From contig CM030332.1 in NCBI GenBank assembly GCA_017654855.1, positions 3,720,001 to 3,784,000 on the forward strand: a stretch of 64,000 bases of DNA. The letters are read 5' to 3'. Positions 14,640 through 25,630 of this stretch are shown here, in pieces. Both the position numbers and the translations under genes were made by a program. The notes under the pieces were generated by a model. That model searched no databases. It was not told where the DNA came from and saw only the letters and a program-made list of their open reading frames with translations. This stretch comes from Podospora anserina (taxonomy: Eukaryota). Each line of letters opens with the position of its first letter. The stretch's first letter is position 1.

Positions 14640-17009
14640 CTAGTGACTTCCTGCCCCCCAACTGCCTACCAAAGCCATGGCCTTCTCTCCGCCATCAGCC
14701 AGCCTCTCGTCCTTCAAAACATCAGAGAGGCATGTCCATGGGTCACGACCGCCGCCCCACTTGAGGAGGCTCTCCTTAAGCCTCTCCCCGTTTTGTCTAT
14801 CTAGCGCCAAGCCGTTTGCGCCACCGGAAAACACCACGTCCCAAACCCGTTGGGCCAGCACCTTGTCGAACAGATAGCTGTAGTAAGTGCTTCCGTACCC
14901 AGACAAATGCCCAAAAAAGCCCTGCCATCTCGTGTCCTCTGGATCAGGCTGCATGCTGCTGAGCTCTCTCTGAATCTGGTGGAATATCTTGGTAGAGTCA
15001 AACCCAGGTCGATTAGCTTCAGCTGAGTGAAGCCTTTGGTCCAGCATTGCCATGATAATCTGGTTTTCAGTGTCCAGACCCTCGAACCTCCGCGCCTGGT
15101 GGAGCTTTTGAGTGACCAGCTTGTAAGGAAGCGGCTCGTTCGTCTGGTAATGCCGAGCAAATAACGCCAGCACGGCCGGGTCGGCGGCAAAGAACTCCAT
15201 CAATGTCGATGGCAGCTCCGCCAGGTCTGTAGCGCACCTGGTGCCAGACACATTCTGGAACGAGGTACGAGCTAGGATCGAGTGTATGGCGTGGCCCATC
15301 TCATGAAAGAGCGTTTCCAACTCGTAAAAGTTCAGGAGAGCAGGCTGGTCCCTGGCGGCCTGGGGAAAGTCGCAGACGAGGGCGATGGTGGGAAGCTGCA
15401 TCACGGCCTTTCCACGCTTGGAGTACATCATCCCGTCGTTCGCCGCCTGCTCCGGGGTCGGGAAAGACTGAGCATCTGGATCGTGTTTGCTCTCAAGCCA
15501 GATCTCGTCCACCTCCTCTGCTGAGATCTCGCGTGAGCAGCGGAGCGTAAAGTGAGCTGGGTTGGGCGACTTGTCTGGCCGGTAGAAAAGATCACAGTAT
15601 AACACAGCCACCACGCCATCTGTATCAGACACGACATCAAGGCGGCGCACATCCGGATGCCATGTCTCTCCCGGCAATGTTTGCGTTGGCACAAATCTGA
15701 TGCCGTACAGTTGAGTGAAAAGCCTGGAGAGGCCCTGCATGACGACGCCGACAGAAAAGTAGGCGGAGAGGTCATCCGACCGCGTCGGCGCCCTCTCTGA
15801 TCTTCGAAGAGCCTCCTGGTAGTAGTCCTTATCCCAAGGGTAAACCTCCTCAGACTTGCCTGTCTCCCTCTCCTTCAACATTCTGAGCTCGGCCAATTCT
15901 GTTTTGGCTTTGTGGCCGTTGCTATGTGCCAGGGCACGGAGGAATTGGTCCACCGCCTCTGGGCTTTTGGCCATCATGCGATCACGAAGAGCCAGATGGC
16001 CATAACTCTCAAAGCCTGAGAGATCGGCGAGCTCGCCTCTCAACTTGACCATATGCTCGAGCATAGCTACCGAGCGGGTAGATGCTGTACGAGAAGCGAG
16101 ATAGAGAGCACGCCTGACCTCAGGATCCTTGACCGTCCGCAACGCCAAAGTGGCTTTTGAACCCAGTGTCTCCAAGGTGGTCTGGCCAAACCGAGTGGCC
16201 GATCTGACCTCTACCGGGTCCATGCCCATAAGCTTGCTGCTCGGCACAGTAATCTCGGGGTACTCTGGCTTCATCCCCTGGATGAACCGAGACCCAACTG
16301 TGCTGATTTGTGACGACAACCACACGAAACGCTCCCGGTGCCTTTGGCTCAGGTTGACGGCAGACTTGGTGAAATCCAACCTCAACACCTCAGCAACAGA
16401 CTTTTCCTCTTCTGACCACACAGACGTAACATCGGGGTTCGACATGGCCTTGATCAGCTGATCGTATAAGCCAGTCATGGTGTTGAGCTCGTTCATGTAC
16501 TGATATACCAAATCCCAAGCTTGGTCGGCGCTGCGCTGGGTGAGAAGCTCTGGGTGTGTCACACGGACGAAATCGCACATATCAAGAACTCGACAAAGGA
16601 TATCGCTCAACCTGTCAAGTTGGCGAACAACTCCTCGATATTCCTCCACCGTCTTTGCCGACAGCACCTTGTCGACGGTGGCCCGCGCTCTCTTCAAGCT
16701 CACCTGGGCGAAGGTGAGGAACCCACTAGGTGTCCTCAGATACTGATTCCTAAACAGACCGACCGGTTTGTTTATGTACGGCGGTGCCGAAAACTCCTTC
16801 CAATGCGTCGACGAATCGAAAATATCGCGGAGCAAAAGGTCGTCATGCCGTTCATAACCCTTGGGCGGGGTGTGAATGAAGGCAGACACTGGGCCCAAAG
16901 CATCTACCGAGAGCCATCTTCGTTGCGTGTGGGACAAACAACAGCTGGAACATATTGGTCGCCTCAGCCGGGTCGACCGTAAAAGTTGGGACTGTATCGA
17001 TTTCAACAT
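14640..17009 (-). CDS. OCT1: Mitochondrial intermediate peptidase (M3 family)
   Basis: Intronless ORF from ATG 17009. Arg-rich presequence; motifs LDRLSDILCRVLDMCDFVR, PAHFTLRCSR, TLFHEMGHAIHS, GTRCATDLAELPS, FGHLSGYGSTYYSYLFD. Confidence 0.95.
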   Translation of the reverse strand: MLKSIQSQLLRSTRLRRPICSSCCLSHTQRRWLSVDALGPVSAFIHTPPKGYERHDDLLLRDIFDSSTHWKEFSAPPYINKPVGLFRNQYLRTPSGFLTFAQVSLKRARATVDKVLSAKTVEEYRGVVRQLDRLSDILCRVLDMCDFVRVTHPELLTQRSADQAWDLVYQYMNELNTMTGLYDQLIKAMSNPDVTSVWSEEEKSVAEVLRLDFTKSAVNLSQRHRERFVWLSSQISTVGSRFIQGMKPEYPEITVPSSKLMGMDPVEVRSATRFGQTTLETLGSKATLALRTVKDPEVRRALYLASRTASTRSVAMLEHMVKLRGELADLSGFESYGHLALRDRMMAKSPEAVDQFLRALAHSNGHKAKTELAELRMLKERETGKSEEVYPWDKDYYQEALRRSERAPTRSDDLSAYFSVGVVMQGLSRLFTQLYGIRFVPTQTLPGETWHPDVRRLDVVSDTDGVVAVLYCDLFYRPDKSPNPAHFTLRCSREISAEEVDEIWLESKHDPDAQSFPTPEQAANDGMMYSKRGKAVMQLPTIALVCDFPQAARDQPALLNFYELETLFHEMGHAIHSILARTSFQNVSGTRCATDLAELPSTLMEFFAADPAVLALFARHYQTNEPLPYKLVTQKLHQARRFEGLDTENQIIMAMLDQRLHSAEANRPGFDSTKIFHQIQRELSSMQPDPEDTRWQGFFGHLSGYGSTYYSYLFDKVLAQRVWDVVFSGGANGLALDRQNGERLKESLLKWGGGRDPWTCLSDVLKDERLADGGEKAMALVGSWGAGSH

Positions 17010-17460
17010 GGCTGCGATTGACAAGGCGGGCTCGAGAGCTTTGTCCCTAGCTCGGCATTGGTGTAAACGAGTGGAGGGGTGCTGGCAAAGTTGAAGATGA
17101 GCTCAACCGCGCCCAGTCACCGCTGGGCTACCTAGAGCCGGACGCCACCTATGTCGATAACCTCCTTCTGCCCTCCCCAATGTGATCCAGTTGTTTTCGA
17201 AACCTCGCGAGCAGGCACACGAGCAGTTGTAGGGGTTTGTCGTCTGTCGAGGTGGGATGGCAGAGTCGCCCAAAAAAATGGCAAGTCAAAATTCCGAGTA
17301 CGGTGGTATTGGTTTGCCTCTGTCTAACCTTATATGAAAAGGGTTAGGGCTGTGGCAGTGGTGGCAGCTGCGCTTGTTTGGCTGCGGCTATAGTGTGAGG
17401 CTTTGAGCGGACTTTGCCATATGACCGGCAACTCGGACCACCCCCCACATCTGTGTAAAC

Positions 17461-17807
17461 CAGGTCACCTAACTGCTCACTTAACTGAGCCAAAGCTGAT
17501 TTAGACTATTAGGCTTAATTGGGCAGCCCATCCAGATTTTTGGACTTCAAGCATAAAGTTCACCACAAAAGCTATGCTTTTAAATTACAAGTATGATACT
17601 ACCATATTATTATATAAAAACTAGTATGCGTGGAAGCCTTTATTACTACTAGAAAAGCCTAGTATACTTATTTATACTTTAATTGAGTATGGTGCAGTTA
17701 AGTTGTAGTTGATTGAGTAAAGTTGTGTACGTGCCCAACTAATTTATGTAGTTTGATTAGCTGTTTAATTGATCAAATTAATTGCCGGGCTTTAGCTGGG
17801 TGGCCTG
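17461..17807. mobile_element. AT-rich, RIP-like degraded small TIR element (putative)
   Basis: TpA-rich island. Ends CAGGTCACCTAACT (17461-17474) and AGCTGGGTGGCCTG (17794-17807) are inverted repeats differing only by three transitions. Confidence 0.45.
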
Positions 17808-18127
17808 TGCGGCCTTCAAAAGTAGTCCGAGTTGCCAGTCATCTAGTAGACTCCCTGGGTTGACAATGCCAAGGCCACTCTTTGTAGGGCCAAAAGGGTT
17901 CTGAGACAGTGACGAACGAATACCACCGTACCGAGATCCCGGAAATAGCCGCACCCGCATCTAATCCCAGCCAGCATTGCAACTTCCAGGTTCCCAAATC
18001 CCGGTCGTTTTGAACTTTGTAGCTCTCGACCACAGACGACGCCTGCTCCCCGGGCAACAATCTTTTACCAGCCCTCCTTTTTCCTCTTCCTCTTCGTCGC
18101 AAGGGAAAATCCAATTGGGTCGAGACC

Positions 18128-19078
18128 ATGGCCGCCAGACTGCTGTTTCAACGGGTAAGTCTTTTGTCCCGGATGCAGCTACCTATCCATCCCGCCTTGC
18201 ACCTAGCGTCATATATACATCTATCTGCAAATCGCTAACATGTCTCTCCTCTCCAGCGAGCCGCGCCATTGACGGCCGCCGTCCTCGTCGGCAGCATCGC
18301 CTTCTCTCCCTCCCTCGCCCATGCCGAAGCCCCCAACGGTCGTCAGTTTGTACGTCAAGCACCTCTCTACCAAACCATACCATCACCCCACTAACACACG
18401 CCCCAGCCCAGAAAACCCATCTACGACGACGACCTCGACGACCCCCTCCCCACCTCCAAAACCCTCCCCGCTCCCCCCAAGCCAGCAGCAGCCGAGCCAA
18501 CAACACCCTCCACCTCCCTCATCACCCTCCCCACCACCTCCGAACCAGCGGTCATCAAAAAAGAAACCCCCACCGACCTCCTCGCCCAGCGAATCCGCTC
18601 CGCCCGCCTCTACCTCTACCACCACTCCTGCATCCTCGAAGACGCGGTCAACTCCTCCCTCTCCCGCGCCTTCGACCTCGAGCAATCTTTTACTTCCACC
18701 ATCTCCGGCCTCGCCCCCGACCGTGCCTCAGGAGAAAAGCTCATGCCCGGAGCCATCTATGTCCTCGTAGCCGGAATGGCAGGCAGCATTGTCGCCCGCA
18801 ACAGAAACGTCCTCCTCCGCACGGCGACACCCCTGGCGTTGGGCATCACCGCCGCTTGGACCGTCCTCCCCGTCACGATGACAAACGTCTCGGAGCTGCT
18901 GTGGTATTACGAGAAGAAGGTACCTGCGGTGGCGGAGGCGCATCTGCAGGTTAGGGAGGGGGTGGAGAAGGGTGTTTACATGGCAAAGGTGCATGCCGAG
19001 CTGGCGCAGAGGAAGATTGAGGAGGGGGTTAGGGAGGTTAGGGAGGGGTTGGAGGGGTGGGTTAGGAAGGGGAAATAA
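18128..19078 (+). CDS. MIC26: MICOS complex subunit (apolipoprotein O family, Mic26/Mic27)
   Basis: Exons 18128-18154, 18257-18349, 18407-19078. Motifs AHAEAP..RKPIYDD, TPTDLLAQRIRSARL, EKLMPGAIYVLVAGMAGSIVARNRN, VLPVTMTNVSELLW. Confidence 0.88.
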
Positions 19079-19424
19079 ATGAAAAGGGGGAATGGTTGTG
19101 TGCTGTGAGGTAGACAAAAAAGGGGGTTGGGAAAAAGTGATATGTGTACCTAGCCTGGGAGAAGGGGTAGCAGAGGCGGTAGCGGAATTATCCCTCTTGT
19201 ATCAATACGTAGAAAGCTTGCCATTTTTTAAAAGTCAGAAAAGGCTTGGGGGGCAGAATGATACTGTTTCTTTTTTGAATTGTGAGAAATTGACTCTCAA
19301 CTCTTATTTGCGGTATGTTCATGTAAGTGGTGTGGTCTATTATGTACAATTCTCATCCAACTAATATATCCCGTTTCTACAGTGCTGTATCCTTGTATAT
19401 ACCCATTTTTGCTACCTAAAACCC

Positions 19425-20475
19425 TCAAATCCCCTTGACGTTATTCCCCCCTGTTCCAAAACTCCCATAAAACCTCAACGCCCGCTCATAAGTCCACATG
19501 GTCACCGCGCTCGCCGGCGCAGCCTTGACCAAGCTCACCGTCAACCCCCTATACAACCCCCTCACCCCCTCCCGCGCTACAATCTCCCTCATCGTACCAA
19601 ATGTCCCGTGGGTATACTCTGGTATATTCTTATGCACATACCCCCCCCTCGTCGGGCCCTGCACCTGTATTCTCTTTCTCACCAAATCCAACGGAAACGT
19701 CCCTGTTTTGGCAATAACAGAAGCTATCGTCCCTGTCAATGCCCCGCCTGAACTGAAGGGAAGCTCCAGCTTTGACAATTTGGGACGGAGGGTCTCGTAC
19801 ACGGCGAAGAACGTCCCCATAAAGGGGATGATCTGTCCCAGGGCGGGGGCTAACCCCCGGAAGAAACCTTTGTACCCCTCCTGGTGATGGATCTGTCTGA
19901 TGGCGGGGAGGAAGCCCTTGTAGATTTTGTCATTGCCCTGGGCGGCGAAGCGGGTTCGTAGGAGGTCGAGGGGGTAGGTGGCTGTTGTGCCTGTTGCTCC
20001 GGCTGCCGCGCCGGAGATGAAGGATTCTGCTGATGGGGGGAGGGTAGACTCGCCGAGGGTGGAGTGGAGGAGGAGAGTGGTTTGGCGGTAGGTGGTGAAC
20101 TGGACGGCGAAGTAGCAGAGGTACAGGAGTTCGGCGGGGAGGTTTCCTTTCCAGAGGCCGGTGAGGCCTTCGGACCGAAAAATGGAGAGGAGGGTGGGGA
20201 GGGTGCCTTTGTAGATAGGGGAGCCGTGGAGGTTGCGGGTGGAGAGGGGGTCGGAGAGGGAGTGGGTTTGGAGTTGGAGGCGGATTTTGACTACGTCTAG
20301 GGGGGCTATGACGAAGCTATTCAGAGACATAGGGTTAGGGTGGGTTTGGGGGTATAGAAAAGGGGTGGAGGAGGTGAGGAGCATACCGAGAGACTACACC
20401 GGCTGTGGCGCCGGCGGCGGTGACTTGGAGGCGGGTGCCTTCATCTTTGAGGCGGTCGCCTGGTTTGGCTGACAT
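19425..20475 (-). CDS. TPC1: Mitochondrial thiamine pyrophosphate carrier
   Basis: Exons 20475-20387 and 20316-19425. Three carrier signatures [19 protein letters not shown] and [10 protein letters not shown]; also [12 protein letters not shown] and [16 protein letters not shown]. Confidence 0.92.
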
Positions 20476-21933
20476 TCATTCAGTGGGGGGTGATGAAGGT
20501 GTCGTCGTTGAAGATATGACGAGCCAAAGAGGGGATGACGACGCAGGGATGGTTGATATGCAGGCGCACGCACTGGGACAACAAGCTTTTTGCGCCTCTT
20601 TATTTTGGTCCGTCCGGTGTCTGTGGGTGATCTTCAAGGAAGGTAATGGGAAGCTCGATCAAGCTGCAGCTGTAGCTTGGGCAAAAAAGCAATATGCGTT
20701 GCTAGAGCCTTCCAGAGCGATTGCGTGTTCAAAAATGGAAAAAGTGCACTGAAGACAGCTCGGTAAGTTGCGTGTATGCTTGGAAATGCAGCTACATGAA
20801 TCTCATGTCCTCATACACCAGGGGCGCGGCTTATCGTGATTGATGGTGGTGTTGTGTATTTTTGGACCTCAAATCTGAAGATATCAAAAGCAGTGACGAC
20901 ATTGCTGTCAGTTGACAGGGGGCTATAACTTTTTTTTCTGCTGGTTGAGGGAGCGCACGGAACAAGCCGTCGCCTAGATCTCTTGACCACCTAAACCACG
21001 AGTCCAAAGCCATACTGTGTATCACTCCGATCTGCAGTGTGAGCACACGCGGATGGACAACGACCGACTGACGAGCGCAGCGATTGACGAGATATTCAGA
21101 GGAAGAGCAAAGATCCATGGGGATCCGAGAACAGATGCATTGCATGGAGCAGAAAGAGGCGTCTTATCTGCATCCGACATCCCGAATCCACCTCGCTCAA
21201 GCATCGGCAGCCTTTTCACCGCGAGCCGGGGCAGTGTCGGCAGCTCTCTCTCACAGGCAGGCACCTTCCCCGCGACCACTGGGCTCCGCCGTCATTGCAG
21301 CACGGGGTGCAATAAGTCGAGCTCTGATTGGTTCCATCCGCCCGAATCGCAGCTTAGCGGCGGGACCCACCTCAACTTGGCTGAAATGCCCTGAACTCTC
21401 AGCGGGTCAGCGGCCACACGGAAGGGCTCTGTTACATCAGAGTCGAGATGCACGCCTTAACACGCCGTTCCTCCGTTCCCGTGTGAGGTTCGAGTGGGGT
21501 TCTGGACCCTCATGTTGAGGTTCCTCCTCGTCGTGAAACCTACAGGCCACGGCAACTTCGGCCGATTTCACCCAGATATCAAGACGTCGTCCCCCTCCTG
21601 CGCTATCGCTAGCCACAGGAGAGTCTGTCCTCTCTGCATCTCTCTGCGTCTCTCTGCATCTCTCGTCTCGCCGTGTTGCTCATCCACCACCCAGACATTC
21701 ATCTGCATGACGAGTTAGCGGCATGTGATCTTGTTTTACACCTGCCCTGCGTATGAGACATTCTGGCACGGCCCCTGGAGCCTTCATATAGACGACCTGC
21801 TTCTTCCATCTTCTTGCTTTTTTATACAATATCAGCTCAGTCCCACTCAGATCCGCTACTATCCACCTACCTACCCCCCCTTAACACTTCTCTCACCTCC
21901 TCCAACAAACAACCACATCAATCACGCATCAGG

Positions 21934-23136
21934 ATGACTTCACAACAAATCTCGCCGCCAGACTTTGGCAGACTTGTAACACCCCTCCTCTCGGCTCTCC
22001 CGGGCGCCTCCGTCTCAACTCAGCCACCCAGCACCGTCCTCCCACTCCTCTCCCCCATCCTCAGACAGCGGGTGAAGCTCATGTCAGAAGCTAGCCAAGA
22101 ACCATGGATCAGACTGTTGACATATGATACCGCCAAGGTGTCCAAGTTGACCAGCATTGCGCAGAGCGGCAGTCTGGAACCGCACCCAGTATCCGGCGAG
22201 ATCGAGCTGGACTGGGACTACAATGTCGAGATCAGATATAAGAGGCTAGACGAGGAGACTCTGCAGGCACTTGTCGTTCTCAAAGACTTTGATCTGTTTG
22301 TTCGGCTGGTGTACTGCATAAACGATGCCGATGGTGAGGGGGGACCCAACGGATGGCGAACTGGCGAAGTTGGCACAGCCAGCAGCCCCTCACCACTGAC
22401 CGAGTTTGGCGGCTTCCAGAGCGTCTCGGAAGCTGAGGCGGCATTCCAGGCGACCAAGGCGGGAGGAAACAGGCAGCCCAGCACCAACGGTATCCGGGGA
22501 GTGGCGGTAGCTATGAACACCACCGTTCAAGAAGAAGAGGACGATGACGATGACTACTGGGCTCGCTACGACGCAACACCCGCCAGAACCCCAGCCATGA
22601 AACAATCCCCCGCTCCGCAATCCATGCGTCCTGAGCAACCGGAAATCCAGCGTACGCAATCGGCCGAAGACGCATATTACGCCCAGTACGATGATGTCCA
22701 GCCCGCCATGGACCCTCATGATCCCGACGAGGAGGTTGAGCAAGTCGAGGCGCCCCCACCACTGGGCATAAGCAGACCGGCTGGCTCCCGTGACTGCGGT
22801 GGACTCAACGAGATGACCGGATCGTGGACATTGGAGCCACCAAAATCACCTTCTGTCCGCTCAACCCGGTCGCAGGAGGATGAAGAGAGGACGGCAAACC
22901 TCCTTCATCCTCGTCCTGCCTCCAGCGCCAGCTCCAACGGGTCATTGACAGTTGCCAAACTGGAAGAGAGCGCAGAGCGTCGCGAGCAGAGTGAGTTTGG
23001 TGTTAAGCAGCACATCTCCAGGAGTATTAGGAGTTTGTTTCTACTTTCACGGTCGGCGGGGATTGACAGGGAGGAATTCGAACGGATGGTCAAGACTGAG
23101 ATGGATGTGTTGAGCATGGTGGAGGATGATATCTGA
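21934..23136 (+). CDS. Hypothetical fungal protein (400 aa)
   Basis: Intronless ORF with coding-like codon usage. Segments LLSPILRQRV, EPHPVSGEIE, DDDDYWARYDATPARTP, YYAQYDDVQPAMD, GVKQHISRSIRSLFLL look protein-like; no function recognised. Confidence 0.8.
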   Translation: MTSQQISPPDFGRLVTPLLSALPGASVSTQPPSTVLPLLSPILRQRVKLMSEASQEPWIRLLTYDTAKVSKLTSIAQSGSLEPHPVSGEIELDWDYNVEIRYKRLDEETLQALVVLKDFDLFVRLVYCINDADGEGGPNGWRTGEVGTASSPSPLTEFGGFQSVSEAEAAFQATKAGGNRQPSTNGIRGVAVAMNTTVQEEEDDDDDYWARYDATPARTPAMKQSPAPQSMRPEQPEIQRTQSAEDAYYAQYDDVQPAMDPHDPDEEVEQVEAPPPLGISRPAGSRDCGGLNEMTGSWTLEPPKSPSVRSTRSQEDEERTANLLHPRPASSASSNGSLTVAKLEESAERREQSEFGVKQHISRSIRSLFLLSRSAGIDREEFERMVKTEMDVLSMVEDDI

Positions 23137-23927
23137 AGTTGCTCACCATGGACTTGTACATATATGACTGATGGAGTTTTTTGGCATATTTGTTTCTGCG
23201 TGGGATTTTTTCATGTCTGGCATCGGTGTTTAGAGAATGGGTTTTGGTGGCGGGGGAGTTCCGTTTTCATGAATCGTTCATCCCCTTGGATGAGGGGGGG
23301 TTGGTTTGGTTGAGTTGCATCAAGGCATTTTTCTTGTTGACTAATTTGGTCTTTGAGGGTTTGTGGGCTTCGATGGGTAAATGTGTTGTCAGAGTTATGG
23401 GCATTATGGTTCATTTACGAAGATATCAGACATAGTTTTGGGAATGAAACACTTTCAAAGACGAGCTCAAGAGAGAGTTGGTGTGAGTGTGTTGTTGGTT
23501 CTTCAAACGCTTGGCTCGACCAGGGCTGGTTAGCGTGCTCTGACTGCCTTGACTTACAACCTCCAAGGGAAGAGAAGGTATGCATGCTCGAGTTGAACTT
23601 CCCAAAGACATTCATTACACATGAGAAAACGAAATCCTCTCTTCATTGAAGAAGAGATCTGCCTCATCAAAGTCCCCGACAACACAACTGAGAAACCCAC
23701 CCCATGCAACCAAGGGTTAGGGTTGGCTACTCATAAAGCTTAAACCCTGCAAAGCTGCCTAGCCAATCAGGCAAAAGCCGCTCCGTGCCGGGCGGGCAAT
23801 TCAGAAAAAAGTTCCCAAGTTGAGTGTGAGGCTCGATTGACAAGCATTGGCCCATTGGCGATAGCGACAAGGGACGAACGACAATCCGACAACCTCCCTC
23901 CACACACCACACACACACACATTCACC

Positions 23928-24988
23928 ATGCTGCGTCCAAGGTTAAGGATACCGCGGGCCTCCTCGCCCTTTGCCCTCCCCGCCTCCCGGTCGTCAACCG
24001 CTGGCCAGCTCCTGCCCCTCGCCTACAGGTCATCATACCACACCGTTCCCGTGCTGGAGAACATCCCAGAGAAGGAATCCGAAGATGGGCAGAAATACAG
24101 GTCAATCGACGGGTTCCTGTCCCCTATGGCTTTCACGACCGCCTGGGATTACTACCAGACCCATGTGTTGTCCAACTTGAACCGTCTCTGTGCTGGTACG
24201 TCTTCTTTTAACTGCCCCATGTGGGGGAAGGACTATAGCTGATTTTGGTGGTGGGAATAGAAACCAACAACGACAGCCTCCTCCTCAAAGACGTCGTCCT
24301 CGCCACGGCCCGCGACCCCGCCCAAGCAGCTACTTTTAATTATGCCTCGGCGGCGCACAACAACCACTTCTTCTTCAAGTGCCTGTCCCCTACCGAGACA
24401 AAAGCCGAGGACATGCCAGCCCAGCTGAAGGACGCTCTCGTCAAGTCGTTTGGCTCGCTCGACGCGCTCAAGGAGCTGATGGTCAACACGGCCACTTCCA
24501 TGTTTGGTCCCGGGTTTGTCTGGCTCGTGCGGAGCGACAGGCCCAAAGACCCGCACCAGTTCCGGGTTTTGACGACCTACTTGTCTGGCTCGCCTTACCC
24601 GGCCGCGCACTGGCGGAAGCAGAGCTTGAACACTGCTACGGATGTTGGGGAGTCGAGCGAGAGGGGGATTCAGGCGGGCAAGCAGTATTTGGAGAATAGC
24701 GCTCGGGGTGCGGGATGGAACGCGAGCGCGTATAAGAAGGATGATTTTGCGCCCGGGGGGGTGCTTCTGGAGCCGGTGCTGTGCTTGAACACGTGGGAGC
24801 ATGCGTGGTTGTTTGAGTATGGGTTTGGGGGGTCGCCGAAGAGTGTGTTGGATAAGGTCAAGGGGGGGCAGGCGGGGGTGGCGGAGAATCAGAAGAGTGG
24901 GAAGGAGGTTTATGCGGAGAGGTGGTGGGATTTTGTGGATTGGAATGTGGTGGCTAGGTTGGCTTTTCCGGGGGGAACGAAGATATAG
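23928..24988 (+). CDS. RSM26: Mitochondrial small-subunit ribosomal protein of Fe/Mn-SOD fold (Rsm26/mS42-Mrp1/mS43 family)
   Basis: Exons 23928-24195 and 24261-24988. Arg-rich presequence; FNYASAAHNNHFFF, FGPGFVWLV, LCLNTWEHAWLFEYG (the SOD metal-ligand Asp of DxWEH is replaced by Asn). Confidence 0.85.
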
Positions 24989-25606
24989 ATGGATGGGATG
25001 GGGGGAAACCTGCCCCTGGGGATGGGAGAAGAGGGGAGTGGGGGAGGGGGGGTTTGTTGTGTATAATATGATGGATGGGGCTGATGATATCATGTCGAGC
25101 CCTGGTAGAGAAAAATAGGGGAGGAAGGGGGGTGGTGGATTTGTACAAATATTTAAAAAACAATAGAATCTGTGTACAGTGGTTAGTGTGTCTTGAGAAC
25201 ATGTGGTTGGTGTGCCTTTGAAAGCATACAGCTGTGTCTTTTAAGGATGATGAACATTCCTCGGCGGTATCTCGAGTGCTGCCCCTTTGATGCTTAGAAT
25301 GCTGACAACTCATCTACTCGACAAGACTTTTCTTTTTAACCAAACAAAGGTTGGCACCTTCCTTCTTTCTGGGAGTCACTGCCTACCAGAATCACACGTG
25401 AAACTAGAATTGTGCGGCTGCCTGTCCTCGTTCTTGCAGTTCAAAGGCACGAGGAAGGTGCACCTGGCCAGGGAGGAACGTCATGTAGGTGCCAGACCAC
25501 AAGTTCCGAATTTCCTCCTGCAACCCATTGCCAGACCGTTCAACCACAGCTTTTAACTACGGTACCGTCCACATCCATTTCATCCACATTCGTTACAGCA
25601 GCATTT

Positions 25607-25630
25607 CACACACACACACACACACACACA
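25607..25630. repeat. (CA)12 microsatellite
   Basis: Read directly from the sequence. Confidence 0.9.

Noticed and set aside
17977-18954. 325-aa Pro/Arg/His-rich ORF
   Set aside because: Alternative frame over C-rich MIC26 exons and introns.
20331-20340. Telobox inside TPC1
   Set aside because: Explained as the CCCTAAC branch site of the TPC1 intron.
19425-20800. TPP riboswitch at the thiamine pyrophosphate carrier gene
   Set aside because: No recognisable aptamer core (GCUGAGA...CUGAU...AUxCxxGCGxAxG) in the 70-nt intron or leader by eye; an Rfam RF00059 scan would settle it.
23928-24988. Active Mn/Fe superoxide dismutase
   Set aside because: Metal ligands are incomplete (NTWEH instead of DxWEH); it fits the mitoribosomal SOD-fold proteins better.
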